Notes: generated by a model from the sequence alone, not told the origin. A stretch of 64,000 nt of DNA from an uncultured Paludibacter sp. (GCA_964346125.1 CAYFTO010000001.1:193-64192), one strand, 5' to 3'. Counted from the first letter of the stretch, positions 28,267 through 37,565 are shown. Translations and numbers: made by a program.

Positions 28267-30591
28267 TTAGTTAACACTTATCTCATCCACAAAAATAAAG
28301 GCTCTGCCTTGTCCACCATGCCACTTTGGAAACTGTCTTAGAGTAGTTACAGTAACTTTTACGTAGCGAGCTGATTGTTTTGGGAAAGTAACGGTGTGAT
28401 TATTAACCCCTTTCCAATGTTCTGTTTTGAAGCTTTGATCGGTTTCGATACCGGCTACAAAGCGGAAATTTTCACCATCATCGGACAATTCAACCGTAAA
28501 TTTATCAGCATCAAAAATCCAATCACCCGTATTTATGGCTGTTTGAATTGCCGCTTTAGAAACTTCAGTTGATTTTTGCAAGTCAATTATTGCAACTAAA
28601 TCATTGTTTTGGAAACCCATCCAACGACCTGTTTTGTAATTATCATCTACCCCTCTTAAGCCATCATTAAGCATAGGCGCACCTGTATATTCGTAGCTAC
28701 CAGCGGCTTTTGTCAAGAGTTGAATTGGCTTCAAACTGGCTTTACTCATGGTAAATTGCTCTGTAAATACGCGGCTATTTTTACCATTCTCACGGATAGC
28801 TCTTGCTTTGATAGTCGCTGTTTTATCAATACTAAATTTTCCTTTATATTGCGTTGAACTTGCTGTAGGTTCTGTACCATCCAATGTGTAATAGATTGGC
28901 GAATTATCAATCGTAGCAAACTCTACATGCAATTTACCGTTGTCAGCATCGGGTACTAAGTTGGTTTGAACATCGTAAACATGTGTTGCGTAATTATAAC
29001 CCAACTCATCATAAAACTTAATTAGTCGTGGCAAGCGATCCAAGAAATCTAAATATTCTTTTTTGCTTGTCTGCATCCATTGTACTTCACTCAATGCAGC
29101 CAAACGTGGAAGCAGCATATATTCAATCTGATCAGAAGTTTGGATATATTCCGTCCAAATATTAGCTTGAGCACCCAAAATGTGTTTAGCTTCTTCTTTC
29201 GACAAACGACTTGGAACAGGATCCAAAGCATAGACACGGTCAACAGGTACAAAACCACCGATTGCCATAGGTTCATTTTTCGTGTCGGCTGTTTGGTAAT
29301 AGTCAAAGTAGAGGTGACTATTGGGTGTCATAATTACATCGTGACCTTGACGAGCAGCCTCAATTCCGCCATCCATACCACGCCATGACATCACCGTAGC
29401 GTTTGGTGCAAGCGTTCCTTCCAAAATCTCATCCCAACCTATAATAGAACGACCATGCTCATTTAAGAATTTTTCAACTCGCTCTGTAACATAGCTTTGC
29501 AAGTAAAACTCTTTAGCGTGTTTCTCATCATCTTTCAGACCTAATTCTTTGATTTTAGCTTGACAATCAGGGCACTCTTCCCAGCGAACTTTAGGACATT
29601 CATCACCACCAATATGGATGTATTTTGATGGAAAAAGCTCCATAACCTCTGTCAAAACATCTTCTAAGAAAGTAAATGTTGCCTCTTTACCAACACAAAG
29701 CACATCGTCAAAAACACCCCATGTTTTCTCTACTTCATAAGGACCACCTGTACAACCAAGCTCAGGATAAGAAGCCAAAGCGGCTAACATATGTCCAGGT
29801 AAATCAATTTCAGGGATAATTTCAATGTGACGATCCGCTGCATATTGCACAACTTCACTAATTTCTTTTTGTGTATAAAATCCACCGTGTGGTTTACCAT
29901 CATATTGACCTGTATTGTGTCCAATTACAGTTTCACTTCTCCAAGCACCAATTTCCGTCAATTTTGGATATTTTTTTATCTCAATACGCCAACCTTGGTC
30001 TTCGGTTAAATGCCAATGAAAAGTATTTACATTGTGTAAAGCAATCATATCGATGAATTTTTTAACAAAGTCAACCGATTGGAAATGGCGAGCAATATCC
30101 AAGTGCATACCACGGTAGCCAAAACGAGGTTCGTCTACAATTTTAACAGCTGGATAAACAATCTCTTTTTCAAAAGGAGTTGCTTTACGCAAAGTTTGAA
30201 TACCGTAAAATACTGCCGCTTCGCTTGCTCCTGATATTGTAATTTGCTTACTGCTTACTGTCAATTGATAACGCTCTTTGTTTGAAGCTTTTAGTTTATT
30301 ATTCAATACAATTGCGTTCGCCCCGCCAGAAGTAGCTGTAGTGATATTCATACCTGTTTGTTCTTTGAGGTATTGAGCTAAGAACTCAGCATTCTTTTGC
30401 ATTTTTACGTTCCCTTTTGGATAAACGACTTTTGTATTTGCATTAAGTGTGAAACCCTTTCCACTTTGTGCCACAATCGAGTTTGGCAAAGGAATTACAC
30501 GATAATCAGCATTAGCTCCGAACGCTACAGAACTACTTAGTAAGAATAGAGCAAGAAGTAGTGAACTTGCTAACTTTTTGAAAATGTTCAT
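28267..30591 (-). CDS. GH20 beta-N-acetylhexosaminidase with CHB_HEX_C-like and F5/8 type C (CBM32) C-terminal domains
   Basis: 774 aa with a signal peptide. Contains RGMHLDIARHF, FHWHLTEDQGWRIEIKKYP and HIGGDE. The C-terminus has PIYYTLDGTEPT and a discoidin-like end. Confidence 0.9.
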   Translation of the reverse strand: MNIFKKLASSLLLALFLLSSSVAFGANADYRVIPLPNSIVAQSGKGFTLNANTKVVYPKGNVKMQKNAEFLAQYLKEQTGMNITTATSGGANAIVLNNKLKASNKERYQLTVSSKQITISGASEAAVFYGIQTLRKATPFEKEIVYPAVKIVDEPRFGYRGMHLDIARHFQSVDFVKKFIDMIALHNVNTFHWHLTEDQGWRIEIKKYPKLTEIGAWRSETVIGHNTGQYDGKPHGGFYTQKEISEVVQYAADRHIEIIPEIDLPGHMLAALASYPELGCTGGPYEVEKTWGVFDDVLCVGKEATFTFLEDVLTEVMELFPSKYIHIGGDECPKVRWEECPDCQAKIKELGLKDDEKHAKEFYLQSYVTERVEKFLNEHGRSIIGWDEILEGTLAPNATVMSWRGMDGGIEAARQGHDVIMTPNSHLYFDYYQTADTKNEPMAIGGFVPVDRVYALDPVPSRLSKEEAKHILGAQANIWTEYIQTSDQIEYMLLPRLAALSEVQWMQTSKKEYLDFLDRLPRLIKFYDELGYNYATHVYDVQTNLVPDADNGKLHVEFATIDNSPIYYTLDGTEPTASSTQYKGKFSIDKTATIKARAIRENGKNSRVFTEQFTMSKASLKPIQLLTKAAGSYEYTGAPMLNDGLRGVDDNYKTGRWMGFQNNDLVAIIDLQKSTEVSKAAIQTAINTGDWIFDADKFTVELSDDGENFRFVAGIETDQSFKTEHWKGVNNHTVTFPKQSARYVKVTVTTLRQFPKWHGGQGRAFIFVDEISVN

Positions 30592-30596
30592 AGTTC

Positions 30597-31358
30597 TTAT
30601 TTTTTAGTTAAGTAATCTAATTGTTTTAATGTGTTTTCAACTCGTCTTGCATTTGTGACAGGAAATGCATATTCATCAACCGAAATATTTGTACCACCCA
30701 TCGATACATCCGGATTGCGATAAACCATTCCACTCTCCAGAGGCAGTCGAGCTGATAAATGTAACTCTTTTACTTTTGTTTTTTCTGCAATCATTGCAAT
30801 ATTTTCCTCTGTAATGCCACTCCCTGGCATAATAACAATGCGACCAGCTGCTTTTTCGACCAACTGACTCAGTAAATCGACTCCCTCTTCAGCTTTTGGG
30901 CGACCACCCGATGTAAGAATGCAATCGAAGCCCAACTCTATTATCTTTTCTAAGCTATCGAAAGGATCTTTACACATATCAAATGCGCGATGAAAAGTGG
31001 TAGTCATTCCATCTGCCTCTTCCATCAGAATCCTGTTTTTCTCCATATCCACTTCACCATCGGCAGTAAGACATCCAAATACAACACCATCCACACCCAA
31101 TTCTTTGCACATTTTGATATCTTGTTGCATAGCACGAAATTCCCACTCGTTATAGAGGAAATCGCCAGCTCTTGGACGTATGATTACGTTTAATTTGATA
31201 TCCAACTCTTCACGTGCAACCGCTATTTCACCGTAAGAAGGTGTTGTTCCTCCTTCTGGAATAGCTGTACAAAGCTCAACTCGATATGCACCGCCACGTT
31301 GTGCCTCAATACAACTTTGCACTGAGTTGGCACATATTTCTATTTTATATTGACCCAT
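30597..31358 (-). CDS. cutC: CutC family protein (annotated as copper homeostasis)
   Basis: 253 aa. N-terminus EICANSVQSCIEAQRGGAYRVELC and FHRAFD are typical of the CutC TIM-barrel family. The stop lies 5 nt upstream of the GH20 start codon. Confidence 0.8.
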   Translation of the reverse strand: MGQYKIEICANSVQSCIEAQRGGAYRVELCTAIPEGGTTPSYGEIAVAREELDIKLNVIIRPRAGDFLYNEWEFRAMQQDIKMCKELGVDGVVFGCLTADGEVDMEKNRILMEEADGMTTTFHRAFDMCKDPFDSLEKIIELGFDCILTSGGRPKAEEGVDLLSQLVEKAAGRIVIMPGSGITEENIAMIAEKTKVKELHLSARLPLESGMVYRNPDVSMGGTNISVDEYAFPVTNARRVENTLKQLDYLTKK

Positions 31359-31376
31359 AATTTCAATAATGTCCTT

Positions 31377-33473
31377 TTAATCTTTTAACCATTTATCCAA
31401 CCAGCCAAAGAATGTACGCTGCCATAAAATACCGTTTTGAGGTTGAAGTACCCAGTGATTTTCATCTGGGAAAATTAACAGTTCTGCAGGGACGCCACGC
31501 AACACAGCTGCGTTGAAAGCTGCCATCCCTTGCGATGCCAAAATACGATAATCTTTCTCGCCATGAATTACTAAAATTGGCGTATCCCATTTATCAACAA
31601 AAAGATGAGGTGAGTTGGCATAACTGCGTTGAGCAACAGCATTGCTTTTGTCCCAGTACGGGCCACCTAAATCCCAATTTACAAACCACATCTCCTCCGT
31701 TTCTAAATATTGTTGTTCAAAATTAAACATACCATCGTGAGCAATAAAGGCTTTGAAACGTTTATTATGATGCCCTGCTAACCAAAATGCAGAATATCCA
31801 CCGTAACTTGCGCCAACACATCCTAAGTGGTCGCTATCCACATAGTCTTCTTTACTTACATCATCAATAGCAGCCAAATAATCTTTCATATTTTGCCCAC
31901 CATAATCACCGCTAATTTGAGTTAACCAATCGTGTCCAAAACCTGGTAGTCCACGTCTGTTAGGTGCAACAATAATATAATCATTCGCTGCCATCATCTG
32001 GAAATTCCATCGATAGGACCAAAACTGACTTACAGGAGATTGTGGCCCACCTTGACAATAAAGTAAAGTTGGGTATTTTTTATTAGGGTCAAAATTAGGT
32101 GGATAAATAACCCATGTCAGCATCTGCTTGCCGTCGGTGGTTGTTACCCAACGCTCTTCAACATTACCCATATTTAGCTGCTCCAAAATTTCTTTATTTT
32201 CAAACGAAAGTTCGCGTTCTTCTTTTGTAGCCAAATTGTAAGCATATATTTCATTCGGCTTGCTCATAGAGTGTTTCACTGCTATAAGCTCTTCCCCTAA
32301 AGGATGTACAGATTCGTAATCGTGTACGCCTTCTGTGATTTGCTCAATGCTACCATCTTCCATGCTAAGCTTGTAAATCTGCGTTTTCGCATGCCAAGTG
32401 CTTACAAAGTAAATTTCGCTACTATCATCTGTCCAAACAGCTCCATCCACATTTTGATCAAAGTTTTCAGTCAAATAAGTTTTTTCGCCTGACTCAATAT
32501 TCAATGCAAACAACCTATTTTTATCCGACTCGTATCCATCATTCTCCATGCTTTCCCAAATCATCCATTTACCATCGGGCGAAAAAGAGGGGTTTTGATC
32601 ATAGCCCATCATCCCTTCTGTCATATTCACTGTTTCGCCTGATTCAATACTATAAAAATAGATATCGGAATTGGTTGAAATTGCATATTCCAAACCTGTT
32701 TTTTTACGGCAAGTATAAGCTACTGTCTTCCCATCGGGTGTCCAATCCAATTGCTCAATTCCTCCAAAAGGCTTCATAGGACTTTCGTAAGGCTCACCTT
32801 CTAATATATCACGTACATCGCTTATTTGTTTTCCATCAAATTTAGCTACAAAAGGGTGAGGAACAGATTCAACCCACTCATCCCAATGTTTGTACATCAA
32901 ATCGTTTACAATAATACCGCTTGTTTTATCTAAATCAGGGTGTTTATCAACCGTTCTTTCGCCATATTTTACATCAGATACAAAAAGCAACATCGACTCA
33001 TCGGGTGAAAACTTAAAATCACTAATACCACCTTCATAGCTTGTCAACTGCTTACGACTGCTTCCATCAGTTTTCATTTTCCAAACTTGCCATGATCCAT
33101 TTTCATTACTTAAATAAGCTATGTGCTCATTATCATTCATCCACTTTGCAGCGGCAACTCGCCAAGTCGATTTGGTGATTTGTTTTTTATTACTGCCATC
33201 CACATTCATAACAAAAAGCTCTGTGTTGCTTGCGTTGTGCTCTACACTGTAATATCCAACTGTGTAAAGGATTTTAGATTTATCCGGTGAAACCTGCACG
33301 CCACTCAATCGCCCAAATGACCACAGCACCTCGGGTGTCATGCGTCCATTTTCAATTGTGGGAACTGTTTTTTCGATTAATGGGGTAGTTTCTTTTCCAC
33401 CATTGCTGGTGCAAGCACTTAATGCTGCTAATGCAATTGTCATAATTAAAACTTTTAATTTCATAAGATTCAA
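31377..33473 (-). CDS. S9 family serine peptidase (prolyl oligopeptidase / acylaminoacyl-peptidase-like) with an N-terminal beta-propeller; lipoprotein
   Basis: 698 aa. Lipobox LSAC, TolB-like repeats (SPDGK..), nucleophile GASYGGYS, and a C-terminal HG..D...H arrangement. A CAAATATA -7 motif lies at 33530-33537. Confidence 0.85.
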   Translation of the reverse strand: MNLMKLKVLIMTIALAALSACTSNGGKETTPLIEKTVPTIENGRMTPEVLWSFGRLSGVQVSPDKSKILYTVGYYSVEHNASNTELFVMNVDGSNKKQITKSTWRVAAAKWMNDNEHIAYLSNENGSWQVWKMKTDGSSRKQLTSYEGGISDFKFSPDESMLLFVSDVKYGERTVDKHPDLDKTSGIIVNDLMYKHWDEWVESVPHPFVAKFDGKQISDVRDILEGEPYESPMKPFGGIEQLDWTPDGKTVAYTCRKKTGLEYAISTNSDIYFYSIESGETVNMTEGMMGYDQNPSFSPDGKWMIWESMENDGYESDKNRLFALNIESGEKTYLTENFDQNVDGAVWTDDSSEIYFVSTWHAKTQIYKLSMEDGSIEQITEGVHDYESVHPLGEELIAVKHSMSKPNEIYAYNLATKEERELSFENKEILEQLNMGNVEERWVTTTDGKQMLTWVIYPPNFDPNKKYPTLLYCQGGPQSPVSQFWSYRWNFQMMAANDYIIVAPNRRGLPGFGHDWLTQISGDYGGQNMKDYLAAIDDVSKEDYVDSDHLGCVGASYGGYSAFWLAGHHNKRFKAFIAHDGMFNFEQQYLETEEMWFVNWDLGGPYWDKSNAVAQRSYANSPHLFVDKWDTPILVIHGEKDYRILASQGMAAFNAAVLRGVPAELLIFPDENHWVLQPQNGILWQRTFFGWLDKWLKD

Positions 33474-33736
33474 TTTTTGTATATCTGTACTATAAATTGT
33501 GTTTTTCTATTTTAAAAATATCAATCTACAAATATAATATATATCTGCGACTGGCACAAAATTGAATATGCATATTATCACTTTAATCAGTTTCTACAGT
33601 TATTACAACGATTAAACTAAAAAATTTACAACTTAATTGTCAAGTCTTCAACATGATTTATTGATTTTATATTTTGTATTTCACAAAGTAAGATTGTATT
33701 TTTGTCAATTACAATACTTAGATACAATAAAAAAAG

Positions 33737-35095
33737 GTGACAAATAAGACAGCTGAAAATCATAAAATAAGAAAACTGGCTCTCCATTGGAAAATTCTTA
33801 TAGGGATGGCTTTGGGTATTATTTTTAGCCTTACGCTTCTTAGCACAGCATGGGGTGAGTCGATTACTCAAATAACTGTTGGAGGAGAATTGGTGGATAT
33901 TTCCAAAGCTGAACTCTTTGTTCGTAACTGGATAAAACCATTTGGAAACATCTTCATCAATTTATTGAAACTGATAGCCATACCTCTTATTTTTGTCTCT
34001 TTAATTACAGGTGTAGCCAATCTGAAAGACATCTCAAGTCTTTCAAAAATGGGCTTGAGAACCATAAGCTTATACTTACTTACCACTGTTATTGCCGTAT
34101 CGATAGGTTTAGTTTTAGCAAACATCATTAAACCTGGAAATTCTATTACACCTGAAACCCGAGAGAGCTTGCTTGTAAACTACAGCAGTGAAACTGAAAA
34201 TAGACTTGTAAGCTTTTCGGAGCAGAAAGAACATGGACCGCTGCAAGCCTTAGAAGATATAGTTCCTGATAATATATTTCATGCTGCATCCAATAATGGC
34301 AACATGCTGCAAGTTATCTTTTTTGCCATTTTTCTCGGAATTGGCATAGTGCTTATTCCAAAAGAGAAATCAAAACTAATCAAAGAGTTTTTTGATGGTT
34401 TCAATGCGGTTATTCTAAAGATGATTGATATAATCATGCTATCAGCACCATTTGGGGTGTTTGCATTGATGGCAAGCTTGGTAGCAGAAGCACCAAACAA
34501 AGACTTATTTGTTGCGCTTTTTTGGTATGCATTGACCGTGGTATTAGGTCTCTTTACAGTACTTCTTTTCTATTTACTTTTGGTCTTTATTTTTACAAAT
34601 AAAAGTCCCAAGTTTTTCCTTAAAGGAATGGCACCCGCGCAACTTTTGGCATTTAGCACAAGTTCATCTGCCGCTACACTGCCCGTAACAATGGAGTGCG
34701 TTGAAGAGTATTTGAAAGTTGATAGCGAGGTATCAAGTTTTGTTTTACCCATTGGCGCAACAATTAATATGGACGGAACAAGTCTATATCAAGCTGTAGC
34801 AGCCATATTTATTGCACAAGCTTTTGGAATGGATTTACCAATAAGCATACAGTTAGGAATTATTGTAACTGCCACCCTTGCAAGTATTGGCTCCGCAGCC
34901 GTTCCAGGTGCAGGAATGGTTATGTTGCTAATAGTTTTAGCTCAAGCTGGTATTCCAGAAGCTGGCTTAGCATTAATTTTTGCTATCGATAGACCTTTGG
35001 ATATGCTTCGCACCACCATCAATATTAGTGGCGATGCAACAGTAGCCATGGTTATTGATAAATATCTAAAAAAGACAGTAAGTAAAACAGAATAG
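33737..35095 (+). CDS. Dicarboxylate/amino acid:cation symporter (DAACS, GltP-like)
   Basis: 452 aa, highly hydrophobic. Contains SSSAATLP and INMDGT / AIDRxLDMxRT motifs. The GTG start at 33737 lies 33 nt after a TATTTTTG motif (33697-33704). An alternative ATG is at 33806. Confidence 0.8.
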   Translation: MTNKTAENHKIRKLALHWKILIGMALGIIFSLTLLSTAWGESITQITVGGELVDISKAELFVRNWIKPFGNIFINLLKLIAIPLIFVSLITGVANLKDISSLSKMGLRTISLYLLTTVIAVSIGLVLANIIKPGNSITPETRESLLVNYSSETENRLVSFSEQKEHGPLQALEDIVPDNIFHAASNNGNMLQVIFFAIFLGIGIVLIPKEKSKLIKEFFDGFNAVILKMIDIIMLSAPFGVFALMASLVAEAPNKDLFVALFWYALTVVLGLFTVLLFYLLLVFIFTNKSPKFFLKGMAPAQLLAFSTSSSAATLPVTMECVEEYLKVDSEVSSFVLPIGATINMDGTSLYQAVAAIFIAQAFGMDLPISIQLGIIVTATLASIGSAAVPGAGMVMLLIVLAQAGIPEAGLALIFAIDRPLDMLRTTINISGDATVAMVIDKYLKKTVSKTE

Positions 35096-35128
35096 AATAT
35101 TACTTCTCTTAAAAATACAGAAATCACA

Positions 35129-35365
35129 ATGGAATCAAATAAGAACAGTTTCAAAGAACGTATCAATTCGCTATTGGATGAAATAGAAGAGAGCATAGAA
35201 AAGCTTCGAGAGAAAAGTGTAGAAGTAGGCAGCGACTCATTCGAATCACTAAAAGATAGCCTTACAGACTTAGAGCCCAAGTTGGAAGAAGCTAAATCAT
35301 GGTTGAAAACTATGGGAAGTAAGTTAGAAGAATATTTTGAAAATAATATAAAGAATAGAGAGTAG
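35129..35365 (+). CDS. Small acidic helical protein (hypothetical, 78 aa)
   Basis: Charged, heptad-like sequence with no family recognised. It lies directly downstream of the transporter. Confidence 0.45.
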   Translation: MESNKNSFKERINSLLDEIEESIEKLREKSVEVGSDSFESLKDSLTDLEPKLEEAKSWLKTMGSKLEEYFENNIKNRE

Positions 35366-35550
35366 AAACTACTCGGCCCCAGCCCCTCAATCCCCTAAAG
35401 GGAAAGTTCTAAGGGGAGTTGTAATGCAAAAATTGAAATTAAAGTAGTTTTCTTAATGACTCTATTGGTATTATTCTTTACAGTTAATATCATTAATAAC
35501 GAATTAAGAATTATCTAATAGCCAATACGGACTACCTTAGAATGGCTTAG
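35366..35550 (+). repeat. Copy B of the intergenic repeat (partner of 23370-23529)
   Basis: It starts immediately after the TAG at 35363-35365: AAACTACTCGGCCCCAGCCCCTCAATCCCCTAAAGGGAAAGTTCTAAGGGGAGTTGTAATGCAAAAATTGAAATTAAAGTAG...CTTTACAGTTAATATCATTAATAACGAATTAAGAATTATCTAATAGCCAATACGGACTACCTTAGAATGGCTTAG. Confidence 0.85.
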
Positions 35551-35578
35551 TAATTACGAAATTAAAGTATTTTGAAAT

Positions 35579-36412
35579 ATGGCAAAGAATAAGAAAATAA
35601 CAGTACAGTAAGTTGACATTATTCTTTATGAAGAGAATAAAGAAGATTATATCTCATTAACTGATATTGCTCGATATAAAGATGCAAAACATACCGATAG
35701 CATTATACAAAACTGGATGCGCAATAGAAATACTATCGAATTGTTGGGTTTTTGGGAAACGATGTATAATCCAAATTTTAAACCCCTCGAATTCGAGGGG
35801 TTTAGAAAACAAGCTGGCTTAAACAGTTTTGTGATGACACCAAAACGATGGATTGAAAGTACTAAAGCTATTGGAATTGTTTCAAAACCTGGAAGATATG
35901 GAGGAACATTTGCTCATAAAGATATTGCCTTAGAATTTGCTTCGTGGATCTCGATTGAATTTAAGTTGTTTGTAATTAAAGAATTCCAACGCTTAAAAGA
36001 CGAAGAAAATAATCAACAAAAATTAGAATGGAACTTGCAACGAACGATTTCTAAAATTAATTACCGTATTCATACAGATGCTATCAAGGAGAATCTTATC
36101 CCAAAGGAAATAACCAAGCAACAAAGTGTTTTTATCTATGCAAATGAAGCCGATTTGCTGAATGTTGCTTTATTTGGAATGACAGCCAAAGAATGGCGGG
36201 ATAAAAATCCTGATGCAAACGGAAATATTCGAGATGAAGCCACTATTGAGCAATTGGTTGTTTTGAGCAATATGGAAAGTATCAATGCTCTTTTAATCCG
36301 AAATGAATTATCCCAACAAGAAAGATTGATTGAACTGAACAAAGTGGCGATTACTCAAATGAAATCTTTGTTGGAAAATAATAATTTGAAAAAATTGAAG
36401 AAGAGTAATTAA
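35579..36412 (+). pseudogene. KilA-N domain DNA-binding protein interrupted by an in-frame TAA at codon 10 (35609-35611)
   Basis: ATG at 35579 gives MAKNKKITVQ*VDIILYEENKEDYISLTDIARYKDAKHTDSIIQNW, which continues in frame into the track ORF (35717-36412, MRNRNTIELLGFWE...). The residues between the stop and the first downstream ATG belong to the conserved KilA-N N-terminus (YISLTDIAR). Confidence 0.65.
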
Positions 36413-36525
36413 TCATTGCACAAATAAAGTATATTTGCAATTCGTACTACTTATCTCAAGCCTTCAGGAAGCCGTATGATTAAACCTAAATTGCTAATTA
36501 ATTGCTTCTCTTATTAAATAAACGT

Positions 36526-36566
36526 AAAGGGCTGTATCCAACAAAAGGGAACAGCCTTTCTTATTT
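36526..36566 (+). terminator. Hairpin plus T-rich tract downstream of the KilA-N gene
   Basis: AAAGGGCTGT (36526-36535) pairs with ACAGCCTTT (36551-36559) with one bulged G, followed by cttattt. Confidence 0.5.
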
Positions 36567-36689
36567 CAATCAATATTTTATCGAGCTACAATTATTTACA
36601 TAATACTATACCCAGCATACTACTTATTAATTATTTGATTATTTATCATAGAGATTTCTTATCTTTGCAATCAACAAAAACTTATTGAT

Positions 36690-37565
36690 ATGAGAGTAGG
36701 ATTGATACAACAAGCCAACAGTGCTGATATAGTTTCTAACATAGAAAAATTAGATAACAACATTCGAAAAGCTGCTGAAAAAGGAGCTGAACTTATTGTA
36801 CTTCAAGAAATACATAACGGACTTTATTTTTGCCAAACCGAAGATGTAAATGTGTTTGATCAAGCAGAAACAATCCCAGGGCCGTCAACCGAGCACTTTG
36901 GGCTATTGGCAAAAGAACTCAATGTTGTTATTGTCTTATCACTTTTTGAAAAGCGAGCAGCAGGACTATATCACAACACAGCAGTAGTGATGGAGCGTGA
37001 TGGAAGCATTGCTGGGAAATACCGCAAAATGCACATTCCAGATGATCCAGCTTATTACGAAAAGTTCTACTTTACACCAGGTGATTTGGGTTTTGAGCCA
37101 ATTGAAACTTCTCTAGGAAAATTGGGTGTGCTGGTTTGTTGGGATCAATGGTATCCCGAAGCTGCACGCATGATGGCTATGGCTGGTGCTGAAGTTTTAA
37201 TTTACCCTACAGCAATTGGTTGGGAAAGCAGTGACACAGAAGAGGAAAAAGAGCGACAACGTCAAGCATGGGTTACGATACAGCGAGCACATGCTGTAGC
37301 CAATGGAGTGCCAGTTATTTCATGCAATCGTGTGGGCTATGAGGCTGACCCATCGGAAGTAACAGGAGGTATTTTATTTTGGGGAACTAGTTTTGTAACA
37401 GGACCTCAAGGGGAGATATTGGGAGAAACCAATACAAAAGAAGACGAAATATTAGTCGTTGATATCGATATGCAAAGAAGTGAAAATGTAAGACGTTGGT
37501 GGCCATTCTTCCGCGACCGTCGTATCGATGCTTACGGTGATTTAACAAAACGTTGGAGAGATTAA
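36690..37565 (+). CDS. aguB: N-carbamoylputrescine amidase (carbon-nitrogen hydrolase)
   Basis: 291 aa. Nitrilase-superfamily E-K-C triad context with LVCWDQWYPEAAR and YRKMHIPDDP, as in AguB. A TATCTTTG -7 motif lies at 36660-36667. Confidence 0.8.
   Translation: MRVGLIQQANSADIVSNIEKLDNNIRKAAEKGAELIVLQEIHNGLYFCQTEDVNVFDQAETIPGPSTEHFGLLAKELNVVIVLSLFEKRAAGLYHNTAVVMERDGSIAGKYRKMHIPDDPAYYEKFYFTPGDLGFEPIETSLGKLGVLVCWDQWYPEAARMMAMAGAEVLIYPTAIGWESSDTEEEKERQRQAWVTIQRAHAVANGVPVISCNRVGYEADPSEVTGGILFWGTSFVTGPQGEILGETNTKEDEILVVDIDMQRSENVRRWWPFFRDRRIDAYGDLTKRWRD

Noticed and set aside
1315-31358. Calling the glycoside-hydrolase-rich region a polysaccharide utilisation locus
   Set aside because: A PUL is defined by a SusC/SusD pair. 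None is present in any frame of the window, and the GH genes are separated by unrelated operons.
34942-35280. 112-aa minus-strand ORF spanning the transporter 3' end and the small helical ORF
   Set aside because: It is a Ser/Leu-rich shadow ORF that crosses an intergenic gap and has no start-site signals.
35366-36689. KilA-N region as a prophage remnant or mobile element
   Set aside because: There is no integrase, transposase, or phage structural gene, and no flanking direct repeats. A solitary KilA-N gene is insufficient. The flanking repeat's partner lies 12 kb away in inverted orientation, not at the other side of this gene.
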